A stretch of 32,000 bases of DNA from Bellilinea caldifistulae (GCF_001306055.1 NZ_LGHJ01000017.1:210001-242000), one strand, 5' to 3'; shown: positions 23,059 to 30,074, counted from the stretch's first letter. Translations and numbers: made by a program. The notes: generated by a model from the sequence alone, not told the origin.

Positions 23059-23530
23059 CGTATCTTACAATAAATCAGGAAATTCTTGCATCGTTGATGA
23101 CATAATGTTAGGTGTGGATTACAATTTTTCCGAATGGTTGTTGAATCAGTTAAATTCACGTGGGTGGACACAAGCAGAACTGGCTCGCAGAGCAGGCGTT
23201 AGCCGAACAGCAATAAGTGATGTAATCTCTGACAAACACTCTGCTGGATTTGAACTTTGTCTTGCCATTTCTCGTGCGCTGAATCTGCCGCCCGAAACCG
23301 TCTTCCGTGCCGCCGGTCTCTTGCCGCCGGTTTCGCCGGCAATTGCACTCTCCGAAGAGGTAATGTATCTGCTGCAAAAGTTACCGGTGGAAGAACAAGA
23401 GCGTTTTCTTGCATTGTTAAGGTTTGAGGTGGAAAGACAAGCAAAAAAACCTCCAACAAAACCGCCAAAGAAAACATCGCCAACGAGCCGGGCAGAAAAA
23501 CCGGCTCGAAGTGCGTTAAAAGAAGAATAG
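23045..23530 (+). CDS. XRE-family HTH transcriptional regulator (CI-like prophage repressor candidate)
   Basis: 161 aa. SRGWTQAELARRAGVSRTAISDVISDKHSAGFELCLAISRAL is a classic XRE/Cro-CI HTH. It is divergent from the early operon. The C-terminal tail is lysine- and proline-rich. Confidence 0.8.
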   Translation: MKMSSVSYNKSGNSCIVDDIMLGVDYNFSEWLLNQLNSRGWTQAELARRAGVSRTAISDVISDKHSAGFELCLAISRALNLPPETVFRAAGLLPPVSPAIALSEEVMYLLQKLPVEEQERFLALLRFEVERQAKKPPTKPPKKTSPTSRAEKPARSALKEE

Positions 23531-23600
23531 AACACAAATTCTATAAATTTGAGGGAAAAGCATTATAATGAATGTAAATATTCTCCACTGGAAGTAAACC

Positions 23601-24353
23601 ATGAAAGACAAAGTTTCCCTCACCCTTAATGGTGAAATTCCTGTCAATCTTTTTGCAGAAGCTATATCCGGCTTATCCGGTTTGCTTCATGCTCTTACTG
23701 AAGAGATCGCCGCTGGCAAAACTATTGAGTGGCAGATTATAGAGCTCAGCGCCGGCAGCGCCACGGCTGTCATTCAAGGAATTGCTGATACCGCCGAAGA
23801 CGTGGAAAAAATTACTACCGCATATGCTTTCATTGGTCGGCAGTTGCAAATTGGCAATACGATTCCTTATTCTCCAAAAGTTATTCAATCTGCAAGAAAG
23901 ATTGCCAGCATTCTTGACGGAAAAGTTTCTTCCATCGAATTCGGCATTGATGGCGAAATCTATCACATAACCCAATCTGGTTTTCAAGAAAAACCAATGA
24001 CCAAAGCCTATTCTTACGGCGTTATTACGGGAAAGGTAGAAAACCTGATTGGACATAAAACACTAAAATTTACTCTTTACGATAATCTTTTCAATCGTGG
24101 TGTTACCTGTTATGTAGAAGAGGAAAAACGCGAGTTATTAAGAAATATCTGGGGTAAAACCGTATCGGTTACCGGCTATATATACCGTGACATTATTACA
24201 GGTCGCCCTCTTGAAATTCACGACATTGAAACTGTTGAAATTGTTCCTATGAGAGAACCTGGTGCTTATAAAAAAGCTCGAGGCGCTCTTTCCTGGAAAC
24301 CCGGTGACGAAACTGCAGATCAAACCATACGGCGATTGAGAGATGACAATTAG
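23601..24353 (+). CDS. Unknown 250-aa protein, upstream partner of the PIN nuclease
   Basis: Low-GC ORF with a TATAAT at 23564-69 upstream. No motif recognised. The C-terminal ~90 aa (GVITGKVENLIGHKTLKFTLYD...VSVTGYIYRD...LEIHDIETVEIV) look like a small beta-barrel or OB-like domain. It overlaps the next gene by 11 nt. Confidence 0.6.
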   Translation: MKDKVSLTLNGEIPVNLFAEAISGLSGLLHALTEEIAAGKTIEWQIIELSAGSATAVIQGIADTAEDVEKITTAYAFIGRQLQIGNTIPYSPKVIQSARKIASILDGKVSSIEFGIDGEIYHITQSGFQEKPMTKAYSYGVITGKVENLIGHKTLKFTLYDNLFNRGVTCYVEEEKRELLRNIWGKTVSVTGYIYRDIITGRPLEIHDIETVEIVPMREPGAYKKARGALSWKPGDETADQTIRRLRDDN

Positions 24354-24843
24354 TAGACAAAATCTATACTGGGATTCTTGTGTGTTTCTTAGATACATCA
24401 ATAACGAATTAGATAGTACCATTATTGAAGAATTGATGAGACGAGCCGAATCGAAACAAGTCAACATTTTTACATCCACAATTACTATAGCCGAGGTAAC
24501 CCACGCAGCCCAGGAAAGAAATCAATCTGCCCTGAATTCAGTCATTGAAGATGTATTACAAAATCTGTTCGGTCCTCCTATCAAACTGGTAGATTATTCA
24601 ATAACCATTGGTTATGAAACCAGAGATTTCATTCGCACTGCGATGACTCATTCTAAAAAGATCAAGCCAATAGACGGTATTCACCTTACTACTGCATCCT
24701 GGATTGATCGTTACATTGCTCGGTTGGACGAATTCAACACTTATGATCAAGTCCTCAAGTCGCTCTATCCCGATATCATATCCATCAAAATTATTGAACC
24801 ACATGTTGATCAATTACCTTTATTCAACAATCCGCTCCCATAA
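24343..24843 (+). CDS. PIN-domain (VapC-like) ribonuclease
   Basis: 166 aa. The four acidic positions occur in PIN order: LYWDSCVFL (D), ITIAEVTH (E), KPIDGIHLTTA (D), FNTYDQVL (D). Confidence 0.7.
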   Translation: MTISRQNLYWDSCVFLRYINNELDSTIIEELMRRAESKQVNIFTSTITIAEVTHAAQERNQSALNSVIEDVLQNLFGPPIKLVDYSITIGYETRDFIRTAMTHSKKIKPIDGIHLTTASWIDRYIARLDEFNTYDQVLKSLYPDIISIKIIEPHVDQLPLFNNPLP

Positions 24844-25020
24844 CCTAATCAAGCCGGTATTGGATCTAAACCTGGCTTACTGGCAAGAGCGGGAGGCGCT
24901 TTCAGAACAAATCAAGCTCCTGGAAGAAGATTGAGATTGAATTTATCTAAATCCTTTGTTCAATGATGCAGGTCTTGTTTTATATGACTGCCAATAATAA
25001 AAACCCCCAAAAGGTGACCT

Positions 25021-25398
25021 ATGACAGAACCCTATTACGACAACAAAGCACAATATGACCGCATCCGCGGTTACATCATTCCCGGCGAAACCATCTTTGC
25101 CGTTTATGACTGCAAAGGCGGCGGCACGGGGTTTGTCGGCATTACGGATCGGCGCATCATCTTTTACGATCAGGCCTTCCTGACCAAAAAGAAATCAATG
25201 GTTTCGATCCCCTACAATCAGATCATCGGCATTGCCTCGGTGGATGAAGGAGTCATCTTTCAGACCAGCGAAATTACCCTGCTCACCGCCGCCGGCAATT
25301 ACACTTTCCAGTTCCGCGGCGCCGATAAAGCCCACAATGCCTACAGCTTCATCATGAATCAACTGCTTGGACAGGCACATCCCCAATTGAAGGGATAA
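25021..25398 (+). CDS. Bacterial PH-domain protein (YokE/bPH-like)
   Basis: 125 aa. GETIFAVYDCKGGGTGFVGITDRRIIFYDQAF...SIPYNQIIGIA...ITLLTAAGNYTFQF matches the bacterial pleckstrin-homology pattern. Confidence 0.65.
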   Translation: MTEPYYDNKAQYDRIRGYIIPGETIFAVYDCKGGGTGFVGITDRRIIFYDQAFLTKKKSMVSIPYNQIIGIASVDEGVIFQTSEITLLTAAGNYTFQFRGADKAHNAYSFIMNQLLGQAHPQLKG

Positions 25399-25399
25399 C

Positions 25400-26389
25400 C
25401 TATCCCCCCAGCCCCATGATCATATCTCTAACGTCATCACTGACGAGCTTCCCGTAAATCCCGTCAGTGATACCCATATTGGAGTGCATCAGATTCTGGC
25501 TGATCGCCTTCATCTGCGCCGGCGTCCTGGCCTGCTTGAGCGCGTAAACCGCGTGCCCGTGCCGGAATTTGTGCGGCGATTTATAAGCCACACCCGCGCG
25601 CTCACATAAGACTTTTAGATCATCCCGCAGACTGTGGCGCACCTCAAGCCGCTTGCCGGTCGGCTTCTCGGTGGTGATCTCGCCGAAGCGGTCCAGATGG
25701 GCATACCAGTACGCCTCCGGCGGCAAGCGTTTCCGTAGAAACGCATCCCATTCCTGCACCACTTCAAGCAAGTCGGGAATGTTCAGCAGAAACGTGACCG
25801 CCGCCTTGCTGTTTTTGGTGTGCACGCCCTTTGCCGGCAGCTGCAACACGCGGAGGTTAGCCAGGTCCACGCACTCCAGCGGCAGGGTCACGAATGCCCC
25901 AACCCGCATCCCGGAAAGAAACAGAAACGCAACCGCCGCCCGCATCCGGCGCTGGGCGGTCGTATCTGCCGGGCAGCTAACCAGCTTGCGCACCTCTTCC
26001 AGGGTATAAAGCTCGCGCGATTCCAGCTGAGCCTGCTCACTGCGCCCCCGCGACGGGCGCAGACTCTCCACCCAGCGCGCGTCCATGTTTTTGTAGCGCC
26101 GCGGGTACTCGCTTTTGGCCCAGTTCAGGAACGCCCGGCAGGTTTTCATCATCGCGTTGAGATGCGCCGCCGAGAGCGGCTTTTTATTTTTGCCGATCAG
26201 CGCCTCGCAATAAACCGGAAAGGCCGGCCTGATTCGGCCGCACTTGCTGAACGGCTTTTCATCTGCCCATTCCAGCAGGTGGCGCAGACGCGACCAGAGC
26301 GTGTTGATCGTCCCCGGTGAGAGCTGGCGCACGCTGGCCTGGAAGTCCAGGTAGGCTTTCACATCGAGGTAATTCTGTCTGTGGATCAT
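25400..26389 (-). CDS. int: Tyrosine recombinase / phage integrase
   Basis: 329 aa. It has an N-terminal SAM-like core-binding domain and a catalytic region with R (LSGMRVGAF), HKFRHGHA, LMHSNMGITDGIY (H...Y). Confidence 0.9.
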   Translation of the reverse strand: MIHRQNYLDVKAYLDFQASVRQLSPGTINTLWSRLRHLLEWADEKPFSKCGRIRPAFPVYCEALIGKNKKPLSAAHLNAMMKTCRAFLNWAKSEYPRRYKNMDARWVESLRPSRGRSEQAQLESRELYTLEEVRKLVSCPADTTAQRRMRAAVAFLFLSGMRVGAFVTLPLECVDLANLRVLQLPAKGVHTKNSKAAVTFLLNIPDLLEVVQEWDAFLRKRLPPEAYWYAHLDRFGEITTEKPTGKRLEVRHSLRDDLKVLCERAGVAYKSPHKFRHGHAVYALKQARTPAQMKAISQNLMHSNMGITDGIYGKLVSDDVRDMIMGLGG

Positions 26390-26793
26390 GAAGACTTAAT
26401 GAAGCGGTGGATTTTACCGCCGCACTCCGGGCATGTGCCGCTGAGTTGGACCACATTCTGGCGCCGGCTGTGTGGGCGCATCTTCGGCGACTGCACCATC
26501 ACCACGCGGTTGCAGCGCATGCAATACGCGTGCCCGGCCGGCATGGGGGGCTTGCTTTTGCCGCGCCGGGTGGTGGTCAGGTAGTCGCGCGCCCATTGCG
26601 CAAACTGCCGTCCGTTGATCCACACCTTCCCGCCGGCGTCCAGTACCACCGGGGCACCGGCCGGTATATACGAGCGATAGACCGTATCGTGAGAGACCCC
26701 CAGTTCCTCTGCCAGTTCGGCAGGTTTATAGAGCATATTGAGCAGCCGTTCCAAAGCGGCCGCCTTCGATCGGTTCAGTCGTGGCGCTGGCAC
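26386..26793 (-). CDS. HTH plus C-terminal Zn-ribbon DNA-binding protein coupled to the integrase (excisionase or regulator candidate)
   Basis: GTG start with a GGAGGTG RBS. The HTH is YKPAELAEELGVSHDTVYRSYI and the Zn-ribbon is CMRC...CPEC. Its stop overlaps the int start (ATGA). Confidence 0.55.
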   Translation of the reverse strand: MPAPRLNRSKAAALERLLNMLYKPAELAEELGVSHDTVYRSYIPAGAPVVLDAGGKVWINGRQFAQWARDYLTTTRRGKSKPPMPAGHAYCMRCNRVVMVQSPKMRPHSRRQNVVQLSGTCPECGGKIHRFIKSS

Positions 26794-26855
26794 ACCACAC
26801 CTCCGTAGGATGTATTTTAGATCGCCCTGTGCGCGCAGCGGCGATTCATGATAAA

Positions 26856-26864
26856 ATTATAGCA
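26856..26864 (-). promoter_or_regulatory. Extended -10 promoter candidate (TGCTATAAT) for the 26793 HTH and int operon
   Basis: Minus-strand TGnTATAAT lies about 60 nt upstream of the GTG start. No good -35 is present. Confidence 0.35.
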
Positions 26865-26920
26865 CGCACGGCAAAAAAAGCCACTTAAAAGTGGTGATTA
26901 ACAGGCTAGATATTCCAATC

Positions 26921-26957
26921 CGTGAGGTTCGGGGGTTCGAGCCCCTCCGCGCCCACC
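26921..26957 (+). other. tRNA 3'-end fragment (variable region, T-arm, acceptor 3' strand): prophage att core
   Basis: GGGGG-TTCGAGC-CCCTC-CGCGCCC-A-CC is a canonical T-arm plus acceptor 3' strand. No matching 5' acceptor strand, D-arm or anticodon arm can be folded upstream. It lies next to the integrase operon. Confidence 0.6.
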
Positions 26958-26986
26958 TTCACAGGGATTCCATCCCTGTACTCCGC

Positions 26987-27024
26987 AACGCACCTGATGG
27001 ATCCCTGGGTGCGTTTTGTGTTTT
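26987..27024 (+). terminator. Rho-independent terminator following the tRNA fragment
   Basis: 8-bp stem AACGCACC/GGTGCGTT (26987-94 / 27008-15) followed by TTTTGTGTTTT. A separate perfect hairpin CAGGGAT-tcc-ATCCCTG lies at 26962-78. Confidence 0.5.
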
Positions 27025-27041
27025 CAGCAGGAAGGTCAGAT

Positions 27042-27506
27042 ATGGTTACACTCCCCACATTTCTACCCGTTGCCGAAGCCGCCCGCAAGTACGGGCTGGA
27101 TGAGGCCCGCTTGCGCGCTCTGATTGAGAAAGGTAAAATCAGGGCTGGAGTGGTTGCGGGAGAAATGGTCGTGAGCGAAGAAGAAGTACGAGGACAAGCC
27201 ATTGAGGAGAAAGGTCTCCACAAAGAGGATTTGCCGGAGTATCAGAAACATGCGCATTTGAAAGGGCAGGCAATTTGGATTAGAGAAGCAGAAAGAAGTT
27301 ACGGAGTACCAGCAGAAACTTTATCCACATGGGCTAAAAAGGGATATATTAGAATAGTTGGTAAAAAAGGAAACAAAGTTTTGCTGGATGAAGCGGATGT
27401 TGCTTATTGTTCAGATGTATACAGAAAATCAGGCAAGCAAGGACGCATTCTGTTCAATCCAGATGGAACTCCTTATAAACCTAAAACAACTTCACTTGTG
27501 ATGTAA
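27042..27506 (+). CDS. Tandem excisionase/MerR-type HTH protein
   Basis: The preferred start is ATG 27042 (AGGAAGG RBS), since the upstream part of ORF 26922-27506 overlaps the tRNA fragment and terminator. It has two HTH repeats: LPVAEAARKYGLDEARLRALIEKGKIRA and IWIREAERSYGVPAETLSTWAKKGYIRI. Confidence 0.6.
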   Translation: MVTLPTFLPVAEAARKYGLDEARLRALIEKGKIRAGVVAGEMVVSEEEVRGQAIEEKGLHKEDLPEYQKHAHLKGQAIWIREAERSYGVPAETLSTWAKKGYIRIVGKKGNKVLLDEADVAYCSDVYRKSGKQGRILFNPDGTPYKPKTTSLVM

Positions 27507-27549
27507 CTTAATTAAGAGCGCAGTTTTGATCTGCAATATTTATTTTCTT

Positions 27550-27593
27550 AATTGTCAGAAGTTATTGACGCTTCTGACAATTAATGCTATACT
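27550..27593 (+). promoter_or_regulatory. Near-consensus sigma70 promoter (TTGACG-17-TATACT) embedded in a perfect 12-bp inverted repeat operator
   Basis: The -35 is at 27565-70 and the -10 at 27588-93. AATTGTCAGAAG (27550-61) and CTTCTGACAATT (27571-82) flank the -35. The surrounding context is AT-rich. Confidence 0.7.
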
Positions 27594-27599
27594 CCTCAT

Positions 27600-28290
27600 A
27601 GCACTTTTACAAACCAGCGTCCCGCTGAATGCCTCAAACACAACGCCCCGGCGAAAGGGCGTTGTGCGCCCGACCGGGGCGTTCCGTGAGCCGTGCGGTA
27701 ACACGCTCACGGTTGAGGCAAGCAGACCGTGACTGCTCACCCCATCCGCGATTGTAGCATGAGATGACAGCCCTCTGCAAGCCTCTCACAAGGAATGTGA
27801 TTTGCAGAGGGCTTTGTGTTTCCCGTGCGGTGTTGGCTCAAGGCCTTTCAGGCGGCAGGTGCGTTGTGGCGGGTTCAAGTCCCGCCCGCCTGAATTCCGG
27901 TTTTGCCATGCTAACGTCGGCTGAGCAGGGAGGTGGGAGCGGGGCTGAGTCATCAGCACCCGGCGGGGTAAGGGACGGGGAGCCCTTGCCTGACGGTGCG
28001 GCAGGTGAGACCATCGGAAGCCTGCCGGGGGACGTGACAGCCGGGAGAGACCGGCAAGCACCTTGACAAGCGACATGGTAATCCTCTGTTTCCAACCGCC
28101 ATAGACGGGCAGGATGATCCCCGATCCTGCGGTGGGTGCAAGTCCCGCCCGGTTGGACTGCCAAACCTGTCGGTGTCGTTGCACCATCAACGGACAGGTG
28201 CAGCCCGGCACACCCTAACCAGTGTCGGGAAACAGGCAGGGTGACGGCCCGGAGAGACGGGCGCGAGGGCAATCCCTCTCACTTGATCAA
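27600..28290 (+). ncRNA. Large (~690 nt) highly structured phage RNA of unassigned class (GOLLD/ROOL-like context), co-transcribed with tRNA-Met
   Basis: It has no credible ORF. Perfect helices include 27640-48/27657-65, 27684-91/27705-12, 27769-80/27802-13 and 27999-28005/28021-27. There are two GAGAGA-loop hairpins, two tRNA-like T-arm modules, a promoter upstream and a tRNA immediately downstream. Confidence 0.6.
27769..27821 (+). terminator. Possible internal attenuator/terminator-like hairpin within the large RNA
   Basis: 12-bp stem AGCCCTCTGCAA/TTGCAGAGGGCT with an inner TCACA/TGTGA helix, followed by TTTGTGTTT. It could yield a short ~220-nt RNA, with read-through giving the long form. 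Confidence 0.3.
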
Positions 28291-28361
28291 GCGGGAGTAG
28301 CTCAACGGAAGAGCGGCGGCGTCATGAGCCGCAGGGTGAAGGTTCAAATCCTTCTTCCCGT
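28291..28361 (+). tRNA. tRNA with CAU anticodon (Met, or Ile2 if lysidine-modified)
   Basis: Hand-folded cloverleaf: acceptor GCGGGAG/TTCCCGT (two G-U pairs), D-arm GCTC-AACGGAA-GAGC, anticodon arm GCGGC-GTCATGA-GCCGC, variable AGGGT, T-arm GAAGG-TTCAAAT-CCTTC. No encoded CCA. Confidence 0.8.
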
Positions 28362-28382
28362 TCTGTGAAAACGAGGTTTCTC

Positions 28383-28592
28383 ATGTGTGAGCATCGAAGG
28401 AAAGTTGGCGACAATTACGGACTGACCTGCCTGGACTGCGGCGAGGTGTTGGAAGGCTACGGCTATTGGGGACAGACCGATACCTGCCGTCACGTCTGGA
28501 TGAAAAGCGAAGGCGGCTATGAGTGCCTGTACTGCCAAGAATGGCTGAACGAGGAAACCCGGCAGATGTTTCATGGGGGTGAGCAACCATGA
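28383..28592 (+). CDS. Small Cys-rich (Zn-finger) protein
   Basis: The preferred start is ATG 28383 (GAGG RBS) rather than the GTG at 28365 that abuts the tRNA. The sequence is MCEHRRKVGDNYGLTCLDCGEVL...CRHVW...YECLYCQEW. Its stop overlaps the next start (ATGA). Confidence 0.5.
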   Translation: MCEHRRKVGDNYGLTCLDCGEVLEGYGYWGQTDTCRHVWMKSEGGYECLYCQEWLNEETRQMFHGGEQP

Positions 28593-29104
28593 AAATCAGA
28601 ATGCCGTTAGAAGAAGCCGAACGAATTGCGCTGAAATACGCCGAAATGCTTGCGCCGAAATGCGAGCGTATTGAGATCGCCGGGAGTATTCGGCGGCGTA
28701 AGCCAATGGTAGGCGACATTGAGATTGTGGCAAAGCCGCTGATGTCCACAGACTTGTTCGGCTTTTCCACCGGTCATCAAGACCTAACGCTGCCCTTGCC
28801 AACAAGTAAAAACGGGCAGAGGTACAAACAATATCTTCTGCCGGAAGGTGTAATGCTTGATTTGTTCATTGTCCTGCCACCTGCCCAGTGGGGCGTGATT
28901 TTCGCCATCCGCACGGGTGGGGCGGAGTTTTCCCGCAAACTTGTCACGGCGAAACGATACGGTGGTTACCTGCCGTCTGCTTACGTGGTGAGAGACGGCG
29001 CGGTTCATCGTGTTGATACCGGGGAGATGATCCTTACCCCCGAAGAAATTGATTTTTTCAATCTCTGTGAACTGGACTGGATCAAACCCGAAGAAAGGAA
29101 TTGA
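28589..29104 (+). CDS. Minimal Pol X-family (Pol beta-like) nucleotidyltransferase / DNA polymerase, second copy
   Basis: 171 aa. AGSIRRRKPMVGDIEIVA (GS...D.E), MLDLFIV, IRTGGAEFSRKLVT and LCELDWIKPEERN occur in the same motif order as 15468-16028 and as the ASFV Pol X I recall. Confidence 0.7.
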   Translation: MKIRMPLEEAERIALKYAEMLAPKCERIEIAGSIRRRKPMVGDIEIVAKPLMSTDLFGFSTGHQDLTLPLPTSKNGQRYKQYLLPEGVMLDLFIVLPPAQWGVIFAIRTGGAEFSRKLVTAKRYGGYLPSAYVVRDGAVHRVDTGEMILTPEEIDFFNLCELDWIKPEERN

Positions 29105-29106
29105 AC

Positions 29107-29442
29107 ATGCTCGAAGTACAACTGATCGGCAATCTGGGCAAAGACCCGGAAGCGCGCTACACCCCGGACGGCGTGCTGGTGTGCAGTTTTCCGGTAGCGG
29201 TCAAAACCCGCAAGGATGAAACGGTGTGGGTGGAAGTGAGCGCATGGCGGGAGTTGGGCGAACGCTGCCACCAGTACCTGACGAAAGGGCGGCAGGTGTT
29301 CGTGCGGGGCGTTCCGGCGGTGGAAGCCTTCACCCGCAGAAACGGCGAGCCGGGAGCCAGCCTGAAAGTGACCGCCCAGGTGGTGCAGTTTCTGGGCGGT
29401 GGCAAGACGGATGAGAACGGCGGCGAAGAGATGCCGTTCTAG
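29107..29442 (+). CDS. ssb: Single-stranded DNA-binding protein
   Basis: MLEVQLIGNLGKDPEARYTPDGVLVCSFPVAV...WVEVSAWRELGERCHQYLTKGRQVFVRG is an OB-fold SSB pattern. The acidic C-terminal tip is GGEEMPF. Confidence 0.85.
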   Translation: MLEVQLIGNLGKDPEARYTPDGVLVCSFPVAVKTRKDETVWVEVSAWRELGERCHQYLTKGRQVFVRGVPAVEAFTRRNGEPGASLKVTAQVVQFLGGGKTDENGGEEMPF

Positions 29443-29507
29443 TGGTTGCAGACAATTCAATCTCGATCAACCGGTTCGACCGATGTCGAAAGGGCGGAGC
29501 GTGGGCG

Positions 29508-29774
29508 ATGAAATGTGAAAACTGCGGTGAAGTCATCGAAGGCAAAGCGGTATGGCTGAAAGAGGCGGACGGGACGCCGCTGTGCGTCTGTCGGGACTGC
29601 GCCAACCCGGACTTTGGCGGGCTGACCGATGAAGAACTGGACAACCTGATTGCCCTCGAAGCCGAAGTACGGGAGCGAGAAGAGCGCAAGTTTGAAATCC
29701 TCTTCCGCTTGGAAGGGCTGAGGGCGGATGATCCGCTGTGGGCGGAACTGGCGGAACGCCTGGGGGTGAGGTGA
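29508..29774 (+). CDS. Small Zn-ribbon protein
   Basis: The internal Met at 29508 gives MKCENCGEVIEG...LCVCRDCANPDF followed by a charged helix. Confidence 0.45.
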   Translation: MKCENCGEVIEGKAVWLKEADGTPLCVCRDCANPDFGGLTDEELDNLIALEAEVREREERKFEILFRLEGLRADDPLWAELAERLGVR

Positions 29775-29777
29775 GGC

Positions 29778-30074
29778 ATGACCCGCCGTATCTGGCAAGC
29801 CCCGCCGGGCTACTACTGGAAAGTTATCGTTGACCCGACCCGCACGGGAGACGAACCGGGCATGTTCTACGGCGGACATTTCCGCTGGACGGACATCGTT
29901 CTGCCGGGCTGGGACGAGGAGAGCAAGCGCATCCCCTGCCCGTGGCCAAGCGGGACGGTGTTCGAGAACGTCAAGACCGGCGAGCGGGTGGTCGTACGCA
30001 AGGGCAGGGTCATCCGGCTGGAACAGAACCGCACGATGGAGATGGTGAGATGGACGGCTGTATCCTCGGACTGA
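29778..30074 (+). CDS. Hypothetical protein (98 aa)
   Basis: GGTGAGG RBS, ordinary composition, no motif. Confidence 0.45.
   Translation: MTRRIWQAPPGYYWKVIVDPTRTGDEPGMFYGGHFRWTDIVLPGWDEESKRIPCPWPSGTVFENVKTGERVVVRKGRVIRLEQNRTMEMVRWTAVSSD

Larger units (their letters stand above)
1..26957 (-). mobile_element. Prophage module A: siphovirus-type temperate phage with HK97-like head and packaging genes. Left end is outside the window; right end is at a tRNA-derived att fragment
   Basis: Uninterrupted minus-strand late operon (tape measure to terminase), lysis cassette, replication and early genes, divergent RHH/XRE switch, and a tyrosine integrase next to the tRNA 3' fragment at 26921-26957. Based on ORF translations and gene order. 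Confidence 0.8.

Noticed and set aside
26880-26957. A complete tRNA gene at the module junction
   Set aside because: Only the T-arm and acceptor 3' strand fold. No GGGCGCG 5' acceptor strand, D-arm or anticodon stem can be formed from the upstream 60 nt. Treated as an att-derived fragment.
27764-28272. ORFs of 100-144 aa on both strands across the large RNA region
   Set aside because: They are mutually overlapping on both strands and have no RBS. Their composition is R/P/G/A-rich, and the region is full of perfect helices and T-loop motifs. Interpreted as RNA, not protein.
27600-28290. tmRNA or RNase P RNA as the identity of the large RNA
   Set aside because: The tRNA-like modules are internal rather than formed by the 5' and 3' ends, and I saw no resume codon or tag ORF ending in a stop. 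The universally conserved RNase P P4-type sequence (GAGGAAAGUCC-like) is also absent. This cannot be excluded formally without a covariance-model search.
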